In this document: positions 45,468-53,488 of the stretch, in pieces
How the letters are laid out: the number at the start of each line of letters is the position of its first letter
Numbering within the stretch: position 1 is the first letter of the stretch
From: Acidobacteriota bacterium
GTDB lineage: Bacteria; Acidobacteriota; Vicinamibacteria; Vicinamibacterales; 2-12-FULL-66-21
Direction of reading: 5' to 3'
Assembly (NCBI GenBank): GCA_039648985.1
Contig: JBBWZJ010000297.1
Span: 1-59,579, forward strand
Length of the DNA stretch: 59,579 nt
Position numbers and translations under genes: made by a program
The notes under the pieces: generated by a model
Told to the model about the DNA's origin: nothing
The model's database searches: none
What the model saw: the letters and a program-made list of their open reading frames with translations, nothing else

Positions 45468-47651
45468 ATGCAGCGGTTCCGATTCGCGAGCTTGGCTCTC
45501 GCGTGTTTTGCAGGTCTGGTGTTCGCTCACGCGGTTGGCAGGTTCCAGGTGGACTCCATCGCGGCGGAGCCCGCAGTCGTCGGCACCGAATCGGCGGACG
45601 CCTCGATACATCGGCTCGCAGCTGACGCGGGGCTCCAGACCGATCCTGCGTGGTCTCCCGATGCGCAGTCCATCGCGTACGCATCGGATCGGTCCGGCAA
45701 TTTCGACATCTGGGTGCAAGCGGCCGCCGGAGGCGCCGACGCAGTCCAGATCACGAACGATCCCGCAGGAGACTCGCAGCCGCAATGGTCACCCGACGGC
45801 AAGCGGGTCGTCTTCCGATCGGAGCGTGAGGGAGGCGGCCTGTTCATCGTGTCCTCTCGCGGCGGCCCGGCGCGGCGCCTCACTACGGCCGGCTACCGGC
45901 CGCAATGGTCGCCTGACGGCAGACGCGTCCTCTTTAACGGTTCGCATCTGCTTGTGATGGACCAGCGGCAACGGTTCTATGTGGTGAACGAGGAGGGCGG
46001 TCATCCGAAGGAAGTGCTCCGGACCGCGGCGGACGGCTTCGCATCAGCGGTCGCCGTGTGCTGGCATCCGGACGGGCGTCGCATTTCCATTGCGGGGCTC
46101 GACGACAGAGGCCGGGTGCTCGTTCGAACGATCGCGATCGATACAGAAAAGGAGTCGGTTGACGCGCAGCTCGAGCTCCGTGACGTGCCGGCGCGCGACA
46201 TCAAAGCCGTCAGCTGGTCGCCCGGCGGAGACACCCTGTTCGCCGCAGGGGCAAACGCAAGCGGCGTGCACTTGTGGCGAGTGCCGATAGCCGCCGAGAC
46301 CGGGAAGCGCAGCGGCGCCCCCGAGGACGTCGCCGTCCGGGCCCACGAGGACCTCCCCATCGCCGTTTCACCGGACGGGACACGTCTCGCTTTCACGATG
46401 TCACGACAGGCAACCCGCCTCTGGACATACAGACTCGATGCCGCCAGTGGGCGCATCGCCGTTCCAGGCCGCGCGATTACACCTGAGCAGGCGACGGCGT
46501 TCGCGCCCGACTTCTCGGCCGACGGAAAAAAGCTCGCCTACGTGCTCATCCCGGAGAGTGGACCCGGAGGCGCCGCGCCGCAGGAGCTGCATGAATGGAC
46601 GGAAACCGCTGACCGGACGCTCATCGCCGACGGTGCGACCCGGTTCGCGCCTCGCGTGTCTCGCGACGGCCGGTACATCGCCTACCGCTGGACGCCCGTC
46701 GAGGGGAACGTCTTTGCCGTGTCCGTGCTGGATACGACGACTCTGAAAGAGCGGCGTGTCACTTCCACCTCGCTCTTCGCGACGCCGTTCGGCTGGGCCC
46801 CGGACGATCAGTCGATTCTAATGAGCGTCCGGCAGGCCGCCCCCGCGCGTCAGGGATTGTTCCGCGTGCCGGTGCGCGAAGGGGAAGCACCGCGGGAACT
46901 GAGCTCGGTGGCGGTCAACCCGAAATTCGACATCTGGCAGGGTACCCAGTCACCGGACGGCCAGTGGATCGCGTTCGTCGTGCAGGAGCCGAGCCCCCGG
47001 TGGTCGGCAATCTTCGTGGTCCCTAAAGCCGGCGGCCAGTGGATCCAGATTACGGATGGTCACGGCTGGGACGACAAGCCACGCTGGTCGCGGGACGGAC
47101 ATCTCTTGTATTTCCTCACGTCCCGCGGCGGTCCGTTTGCCGTCGCGGCGGTCGCCATCGACCAGACCACCGGAAAGCCGATCAGTGCTCCGTCTGAACT
47201 AATGCCGCTGCCGGACCCACGGCTCGCCATACTGAACAGCGTCGGATGGCTGGAAATGGCGGTCGGTGGCGACGCGCTCGCGGTGCCGCTCGTGGAAACA
47301 ACAGGGGGCCTTTGGACGACCGACAGCCGCGGCGCCGGTCCTGGGCGGGAAGCCGCCGGCAGCCAGCCCTGTCCCGAGCTGCTCCCGCCAGAGGTGGTTC
47401 GAAAGGTCTCCGCGCCCGACTGGGGCGACGTGCTCAAGCGGAAATCGGGGGCCGTGCAGATGGAAGTGGTCGTCGGGATCGACGGAACCGTTCGCGATGC
47501 GCGGATCGTGCGATCGCCGGATGCGCGGCTCAATCCTGAAGCGCTCCGGGCCGGGGCCCAGTGGACCTTCCGGCCTGGCCGCTGCGGGGGAGAAGCGACG
47601 ACGTCCACCGTTCCCATCGAAGTGTCCTTCGCTGCGAACGAGCGGCGATAG
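45468..47651 (+). CDS. PD40 (TolB-like) beta-propeller repeat protein with C-terminal TonB_C domain
   Basis: GGAGG lies 4 nt before ATG 45468. It has a signal/anchor (MQRFRFASLALACFAGLVFAHA) and repeated WSPDG motifs (AWSPDAQSIAYASDRSGNFDIW, QWSPDGKRVVFRSE, QWSPDGRRVLF and others). The last ~90 aa (GAVQMEVVVGIDGTVRDARIVRSPDARLNPEALRAGAQWTFRP) fit the TonB C-terminal domain. Confidence 0.85.
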   Translation: MQRFRFASLALACFAGLVFAHAVGRFQVDSIAAEPAVVGTESADASIHRLAADAGLQTDPAWSPDAQSIAYASDRSGNFDIWVQAAAGGADAVQITNDPAGDSQPQWSPDGKRVVFRSEREGGGLFIVSSRGGPARRLTTAGYRPQWSPDGRRVLFNGSHLLVMDQRQRFYVVNEEGGHPKEVLRTAADGFASAVAVCWHPDGRRISIAGLDDRGRVLVRTIAIDTEKESVDAQLELRDVPARDIKAVSWSPGGDTLFAAGANASGVHLWRVPIAAETGKRSGAPEDVAVRAHEDLPIAVSPDGTRLAFTMSRQATRLWTYRLDAASGRIAVPGRAITPEQATAFAPDFSADGKKLAYVLIPESGPGGAAPQELHEWTETADRTLIADGATRFAPRVSRDGRYIAYRWTPVEGNVFAVSVLDTTTLKERRVTSTSLFATPFGWAPDDQSILMSVRQAAPARQGLFRVPVREGEAPRELSSVAVNPKFDIWQGTQSPDGQWIAFVVQEPSPRWSAIFVVPKAGGQWIQITDGHGWDDKPRWSRDGHLLYFLTSRGGPFAVAAVAIDQTTGKPISAPSELMPLPDPRLAILNSVGWLEMAVGGDALAVPLVETTGGLWTTDSRGAGPGREAAGSQPCPELLPPEVVRKVSAPDWGDVLKRKSGAVQMEVVVGIDGTVRDARIVRSPDARLNPEALRAGAQWTFRPGRCGGEATTSTVPIEVSFAANERR

Positions 47652-47705
47652 GCAGTCGCGACCCGCAGGTCCCGCAGGTGCTGGCGCGGGAAGCGCGACC
47701 AGCTG

Positions 47706-48362
47706 CTAATACGTGAAAGTGCCGAAGAAGGACGACCGCTTGTTCGGATCACTCCACTTCGTGCCGAGTGCCGCACCGCTGAACGCGTTTTCGTCGGTCG
47801 TGCCCATGGCCGCGCCGTCCACGACGGCGAGCGGGTGGAACCACTGCTTGCCGCCGCACGTCGGGTCGTGATGCATCTCCCTTGCGACACTGAGCCGGAG
47901 GGATTTTGCGGACACCTTGATCGCCGGGCCGTCGTCCACGAACTGGATAGCCGTGGGGGTCGTCTCCACGACGCTGCCGAGGACGCCCTTCGAGTTCTGG
48001 CGCGCCATGGACACGAGCGCGGCGCGCTGCGCGGGAGTCGCGCGTTCGTCCACGAACAGCGCCGTGCGGGTCTCCGCCGCCTGGCCGCCGAATTCGCGAA
48101 TGCCCAGGTTGGTGTCGCCCGCCACCGCGGCGACGACCGCGAGACCGTTGAGCGCGACGCCGTCGAAACTGCCGCGTGTCACCTTCCACGCGAGCAGCGC
48201 CTCGCGGCCCGTCGTGACTGCTTCGCCGTTCATGATGCAGCCGCCGGCGAACACTTCCGCCGTACGCGCTTCCACGTAGGTGCCCGTGATCGACCCGCCC
48301 GCACCGAGCACACGGGAGGCCATCAGGCCCGCCATCGCCGCCGCCAGTACTACTCGTCTCAT
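47706..48362 (-). CDS. secreted hypothetical protein, DUF1326-like
   Basis: The start is M19 (MRRVVLAAAMAGLMASRVLG) with an AAGGAAGGA SD. The layout G.Y.E......C..., FDGVALNGL, a conserved D..AT.AQ..AL and a C-terminal FGTFTY resembles DUF1326 from memory. The family call has low confidence. Confidence 0.7.
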   Translation of the reverse strand: MRRVVLAAAMAGLMASRVLGAGGSITGTYVEARTAEVFAGGCIMNGEAVTTGREALLAWKVTRGSFDGVALNGLAVVAAVAGDTNLGIREFGGQAAETRTALFVDERATPAQRAALVSMARQNSKGVLGSVVETTPTAIQFVDDGPAIKVSAKSLRLSVAREMHHDPTCGGKQWFHPLAVVDGAAMGTTDENAFSGAALGTKWSDPNKRSSFFGTFTY

Positions 48363-48378
48363 GGCGAAGTCCTTCCTT

Positions 48379-48606
48379 TTACAACCTGCAGCAGCCGCGG
48401 CCGCCGCGGCAGACATCTGGCCGGACGGGCTGGCCGTCCGGGCCGAAGCCGCTCTGGGTGTCTACGCACCAGTACGCGGCCGTCTCATAAGCATCATAAA
48501 ACGTGGATTCCGCCGGGTCCACTATGGAGGCGACATACATGCTCTTCGTCCGCAGGCGGAGGCAGTGCAGCCCAACCGTAATTTTCGGCGATGTCAGCGA
48601 TTCCAT
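48379..48606 (-). CDS. hypothetical 75-aa protein with Cys-rich C-terminus
   Basis: It lies 16 nt downstream of the FAD-subunit stop and 17 nt upstream of the next gene. It has a GGAG about 10 nt before the ATG and GC-biased third positions, and ends in YWCVDT...DVCRGGRGCCRL. I recognise no family. Confidence 0.5.
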   Translation of the reverse strand: MESLTSPKITVGLHCLRLRTKSMYVASIVDPAESTFYDAYETAAYWCVDTQSGFGPDGQPVRPDVCRGGRGCCRL

Positions 48607-48621
48607 GGCGCGTGCTCCAGT

Positions 48622-49611
48622 TCAGACTGTCTTGATTCCGCCGGCGTGCAGGATCGCCCGCTTGACGGCGGTCCTCGCGACCTGGACTTTGTATGCGTTC
48701 TGGCTGAGCGGACGCGCCTCGCGGACGGCGGCATCGGCGGCCGCCGCTGCGGTCTCTTCGTTGAGAGGTTTCCCCGCCAGAGCAGCCTCCGCGGCTTTCG
48801 ATCGCCACGGGACCGGGGCCACCGCTCCCATCACGACGCGCGCCGCCCGCACGGTCTGGCCCTCCATCGACAGCACCACCGTCGCAAACGCGATCGGCCA
48901 GTCGTGGGATTCCTTGTAGCGAACCTCGTAATGTCCGCTCTTCACAGATCCGGGAGCAGGGAGGATCACGTGCGTCAGGAGCTCGTCCGGGGCGAGGACG
49001 TTCTCGACCCGAACGTTCTGCAGCGTTGGCATCGTGAAATAGTCCGCCGCGGGCACGAGTCGCTCACCCCGGGGACCGGCAAGCCGGAACGTGGCGTCGT
49101 ACGCGACCAACGGCACCGCGAGGCTGGAGGGGTGCACGATGAACGTCGGCCCGCTGCCGAAAATCGCGTGGAACTGGTTCTCGCCCGCGGGAGAGAAGCA
49201 CTGGTTGCCCCCCTTCTTGAAGCAGACGAACTCCTCGTTGCGGTAGTACCAGCATCGCGGCCGCTGGTTCAGGTTCCCGCCGACAGTCCCCAGGTTGCGA
49301 ATCTGCGGCGTGCCGACTTCGATAGCCGCCAGCGCAATCGCCGGATAGAGCTTCGCGACCTGGGCGTGGGCGGCCAGGTCCGCCACTCTCATGGCGGCCC
49401 CGATTTTGAGGCCGCCGCCCGGCGCCGGCGTGACCGTCGCGTCGAGCGCCCCCTTGACGTTGACGATCCGGTCGGGCTGCGCGACATAATCCTTCAGCCG
49501 CGCCAGCAGATCCTGTCCCCCCGCGAGCGGCATCACCTTCTCTGGCTCGCTGCTCAGGGCGCCGATCGCCTCTTTCTCGTTCTTCGGATTGACGTACGAA
49601 AACGCTTTCAC
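48622..49611 (-). CDS. FAD-binding subunit of a xanthine dehydrogenase-family aldehyde oxidoreductase (PaoB-like, with 4Fe-4S Cys motif)
   Basis: GTG 49611 is preceded by GAGGAGGA. The sequence MKAFSYVNPKNEKEA...PLAGGQDLL...LKIGAAMRVADLAAH...IRNLGTVGGNLNQRPRCWYYRNEEFVCFKKGGNQC parallels E. coli PaoB, including the RC.Y(F/Y) Cys cluster. The upstream part of the 506-aa track ORF is an artefact. Confidence 0.88.
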   Translation of the reverse strand: MKAFSYVNPKNEKEAIGALSSEPEKVMPLAGGQDLLARLKDYVAQPDRIVNVKGALDATVTPAPGGGLKIGAAMRVADLAAHAQVAKLYPAIALAAIEVGTPQIRNLGTVGGNLNQRPRCWYYRNEEFVCFKKGGNQCFSPAGENQFHAIFGSGPTFIVHPSSLAVPLVAYDATFRLAGPRGERLVPAADYFTMPTLQNVRVENVLAPDELLTHVILPAPGSVKSGHYEVRYKESHDWPIAFATVVLSMEGQTVRAARVVMGAVAPVPWRSKAAEAALAGKPLNEETAAAAADAAVREARPLSQNAYKVQVARTAVKRAILHAGGIKTV

Positions 49612-49625
49612 GGCAGTCCTCCTCG

Positions 49626-51833
49626 CTATGCCCGGCGCTGCGACAGCGTCTGCAGGATTTTCGCCGGCGTCAGCGGCAGGCTGCGCACCGTCACGCCGAT
49701 CGCGTTCCGCACCGCGTTCGTGATGGCCGCGGCGGTCGAGACCGTCGGCGGCTCTCCGATGCCCACCACACCCCGTTCCGGCTGATCGATGAGCCGGACC
49801 TCGATCTTCGGGATGTCGGACATGCCCGCGAGCAGATACCACTCCATGTTCGGATTCACCATCTGCCCGGTGTTCCGATCGAGGATGCGATCCTCGAAGA
49901 GCGCGAAGTTCAGCGACCCGATCACGCCGCCGTACACCTGGCTCTCTGCGGTGAGCCGGCTGACGATGAGGCCACAATCCTGGATCGCGAGCACGCGCGT
50001 GACCTTCACGATGCCGGTTTCGATGTCGACGGTCACTTCGGCGAACTGCACGCCCGATGTCGTGACCGATGAGAGCCCCGGCTGCCAGTTGCCTTCGACC
50101 GAGATGGGTTGTGTGGCGAGCAGCTTGCACGCGTCGCTCCACGACACGCCTTTGGCCGGGTTGTCGCGCACATGGATGCGCCCGCCGGCGGCCACGAGCG
50201 TGGCAGGCTCCACGCCAAGCGATGGGCCGACCTTTTCCTTCAGTGCGTCGAGTGCGTTCACCGTCGCGATCCGCACCGCGGGGCTCACCGCGGCCGCCGT
50301 CGTGCTCCCCCCAGACGCGCCGCTGATCGGGAACATCGTGTCGCCGATCTCGGGGCGGATCGCGCTCGCCGGCAGCCCGAACGTATCGGCGGCAATCACC
50401 GCAATCATCGTGCGCGTGCCGGTGCCGAGGTCCTGGGTTCCGACACGTACGACGACCAGGCCATCCGACGAAATCTCACACCGCGCCTGCGACGGACCGC
50501 GCCCGCCGCCGCCCCACGTATTGATCGCCACACCCATACCGGTCTTGAGCGGTCCAGGTGTCGAATCCCCGGTCGGATGGCGCTTGTCCCATCCGAATTC
50601 CTGCGCGCCGCGGAGCAGATACGACCGCCACATCGCGTTCGGCGCCTCCGGCGGCAGGTTCTTGATCCGGAACTCCACCGGATCCATCTTCACGAGATCG
50701 GCGAGCTCTTCCATCAGCACTTCGGTGATGAACGAGCCCTGTGGATGCCCCGGCGCCCGCATCGGCCGCTGCTGACCGGTGTTGATGTAGACGTCCCGGT
50801 GCGTCCGCCGGCGATTCGGAAACTGGTAGATGTACGGCAGCGGAAAGCCCGAAGCCGCACCCGCGCCGCCCGTGCCCCACGATTCCGCATCGAACGCGGT
50901 CAGCATGCCGTCGGCGCTGACGCCCGCCTTCACGCGCGCCGCCGCCGACGGCCTGTTACCCGTCGCGAGATGCTCTTCCTTTCGATCGAGCATCAGCTTG
51001 ACCGGTGCCTTCGCCTCTTTCGCCAGGCGCGCGCAGATGAGACCCTGCGCATCGGGCGCCATCTTGCTGCCGAACCCGCCGCCCATGTACTGCGTGATCA
51101 CCCGCACGTTCGCGGACGGGATGTTCAGGCCGCTCGCAAACCCTTCGCGCGCCGCGCTGATGCCCTGCGTCGACACCCACGCGGTCAGGTGATCGCCGTC
51201 CCACTCGCACACGGCGCCGTGCGACTCGAGGCACACGTGGGTGATGACGTGCGTCGCGTAGGTCTCTTCGACGACGTGCGCGGCCTGCTTGAAGCCGGCG
51301 GCCAGATCGCCCGTCTCCTGCGCCGCACCCTGCTTGACGTTGCCGCCGGTGAACACGTTCGGGGCATTGCCGGAGAGCGCCTGGTCGACCAGGGTGATGT
51401 GCGGCAGCACGTCGTACTCGACGCGAACGAGCCGCGCCGCGTCGATCGCCCGTTCCTCGGTGTCGGCGGCGACCGCAGCGACCTCGTCCCCCTGTTACAT
51501 CACGGTGCTGCGATCCGCGTTCGCCGGATCGCGCCACATGATCGCGGCCTTGACCCCCGGGGCGCGCTGCGCCGCGGACAGATCAATCGAGACGATGCGA
51601 GCGTGGGGGTGCGGCGACCGGACGATGCGGCCGTACAGCATGCCCGGCCGCTTCACGTCAAAGGTGTACTTCGCCCGGCCCGTCACCTTCTCCGGTCCGT
51701 CGAGCCGCTTGACGTGCGTCCCGAGGACGGTCTGCGGCTTCGGCCACGAGTACTTGGGATCGGCCGGCGGCGGCGGGGGCTGCGCAGGCCCGCCTCGCCC
51801 TCCCTGGTCCGCGAGCTCTTTCGGGTCAGCCAC
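49626..51833 (-). pseudogene. molybdopterin-binding large subunit (PaoC/CoxL family) interrupted by one in-frame TAA at 51495-51497
   Basis: Track ORFs 51495..51833 and 49626..51410 are in the same frame. I translated the 28 codons between them without a further stop (...DRSTVM*QGDEVAAVAADTEERAIDAARLVRVEYDVLPHITLV...). The combined length of about 735 codons equals PaoC. The family motifs are GRAKYTFD, GGGFG(S)K, MRAPG and GIGEPP. Confidence 0.8.
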
Positions 51834-52446
51834 GCGCCACCCCCTTCACGCTGGAAACCGCTTCGAGAATGCGCGGGAACGTCCCGCACCGGCAGATGTT
51901 GCCATCGAGCCCGCGGCGAATCTCGTCGGGCGTCGGCGCCGGGTTTTTTTCGAGGAGGGCGACGCTCGCCATGATGAATCCGGGCGTGCAGAACCCGCAC
52001 ATCAACGCATCCTTGTCACAGAACGCCTGCTGCACCGGATGGAGCGTCGTCCCGTTCGCCAGGCCGTCGATGTTGCGGATTTCCTTGCCCTCAACTTCGA
52101 TCGCCAGCGTCGAACAGGAGTACACGGCGCGGCCGTCGACGATCATCGTGCAGGCCCCGCAGGTCCCGCGATCGCAGACCCGCTTGTTGCCGGTCTGATC
52201 GGCGCGCATCCGCAGCGCATCGAGCAGCGTGACGCGCGGCTCCAGCATCAGGTCCAGCCGCCGGCCGTTGACCATCAGCCGGACGGGCACCTCGCCGGGC
52301 CCGACCACCGCGGTGCCGGCCCCCGCACCCTGGGCGTCAACTTCCGGCGTCGCCGCGGCGGTGACGGCGCTCACGACACCAGCCGATTTCAGAAAATCAC
52401 GACGCGTTACCGCAAACCTGCCGGGTTTGTCGTTCTTGCGAGCCAT
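51826..52446 (-). CDS. [2Fe-2S]-binding small subunit with twin-arginine signal (PaoA/YagT-like)
   Basis: It has a TAT motif (TRRDFLKSAGVVSAVTAAA), a plant-type ferredoxin motif (CDRGTCGACTM) and a second cluster (CGFCTPGF...CRCG). Confidence 0.92.
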   Translation of the reverse strand: MARKNDKPGRFAVTRRDFLKSAGVVSAVTAAATPEVDAQGAGAGTAVVGPGEVPVRLMVNGRRLDLMLEPRVTLLDALRMRADQTGNKRVCDRGTCGACTMIVDGRAVYSCSTLAIEVEGKEIRNIDGLANGTTLHPVQQAFCDKDALMCGFCTPGFIMASVALLEKNPAPTPDEIRRGLDGNICRCGTFPRILEAVSSVKGVARG

Positions 52447-52555
52447 CGGTAGTCCTCTCGGTCGAGTCGTCCTGGATCAGGGAAGGGCCTCCGGCACTCG
52501 TCTGTGCCGGCGTCGACGTGCGTGATTATGCCCGATCCGGGACGTGGGCGCGACC

Positions 52556-53488
52556 TCATCGCTGCCGGGCGGCAGCGGCGCGCTGGAGCCGATCGCGAAG
52601 AGCCTCGAGTTCCGCGCCGCCGCTGTCCGGGACCCAGCCCGCGGCGTTCTGGCCGCTGTCGTCGCGCACGGCCGCGTCCGCACCCGCATCGAGCAGGGCC
52701 TGCGCGATTTCCGGGGAGCGGTACTTCGCGGCGACCATCAGCGCCGTCATGCCGCGATCGTCCTGCGCGTTGACGCGCGCGCCCCCCGCGACCAGGCGGC
52801 GGACCGCCTCGGGGTGCTGAAAGGCGATTGCCGTCATCAGGACCGTGACCCCCGCCTGATTGGCCGAATTCGGGTCGGCACCGGCGCGCAGCAGCTCATC
52901 GACCGTCGCGACATGCCCCTCCTGCGCCGCGTCGCTGAGGGTCGAATTGCCGACCGAGTCGGAACCGTTCACCTCGAGGATCGACTCCTCGGCCGGGAAG
53001 TGTCCTCTCGCGGCGCGTGCGCGCGCGGCCCGCTCCTCGGTGAACGTCGCCTGCATCTGCATGGTGCCGCAGATGTTTCCGATGTTCATCGACGTGATCT
53101 TCAGCAGGCTGCGGCCATCCGGATCCGCTGCCGTCTCGTATCGACGCAGCGCGTCATCGTCCAGACGCCACGGATGGAGCGCGTCGTTCGTGGCGATCGC
53201 GATGGGTGTGAGCGTGCCGACGACCCCGAAAAGGCCATGGCCATCCGAGTGAGAGACCTGGTAGACGAGGCACCGCGAGTAGTACAGCCGGTAGGCTTCG
53301 ATTTGACGATCCACGAGCACGCGCGTGCCGTCCGCGACGAAGTAGAGATGCGCCGCCGGCCTGGACGGCGGCCCCTTGTCGACGAACCAGCCCTCTCCAA
53401 TCTCCGTGAGCGGAGTCTCACGGCATGCGGCGGCGAGCACCGATGCGAGCACCACCGCGCCGCCAAGTGCCCGCGTGCCGCGCCTCAC
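52556..53488 (-). CDS. lipoprotein with unknown N-domain and three C-terminal ankyrin repeats
   Basis: GTG 53488 (V83 of the track ORF) forms a GTGA overlap with the upstream protease stop. It has a lipobox (LAAAC). The ANK repeats are GNSTLSDAAQEGHVATVDELLRAGADPN, GVTVLMTAIAFQHPEAVRRLVAGGARVN and GMTALMVAAKYRSPEIAQALLDAGAD. Confidence 0.8.
   Translation of the reverse strand: MRRGTRALGGAVVLASVLAAACRETPLTEIGEGWFVDKGPPSRPAAHLYFVADGTRVLVDRQIEAYRLYYSRCLVYQVSHSDGHGLFGVVGTLTPIAIATNDALHPWRLDDDALRRYETAADPDGRSLLKITSMNIGNICGTMQMQATFTEERAARARAARGHFPAEESILEVNGSDSVGNSTLSDAAQEGHVATVDELLRAGADPNSANQAGVTVLMTAIAFQHPEAVRRLVAGGARVNAQDDRGMTALMVAAKYRSPEIAQALLDAGADAAVRDDSGQNAAGWVPDSGGAELEALRDRLQRAAAARQR

Noticed and set aside
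51495-51497. Programmed recoding (selenocysteine or pyrrolysine) at the internal stop of the Mo-subunit gene.
   Set aside because: The codon is TAA, not TGA or TAG. No SECIS-like hairpin follows, and this family does not use Sec at this position to my knowledge.
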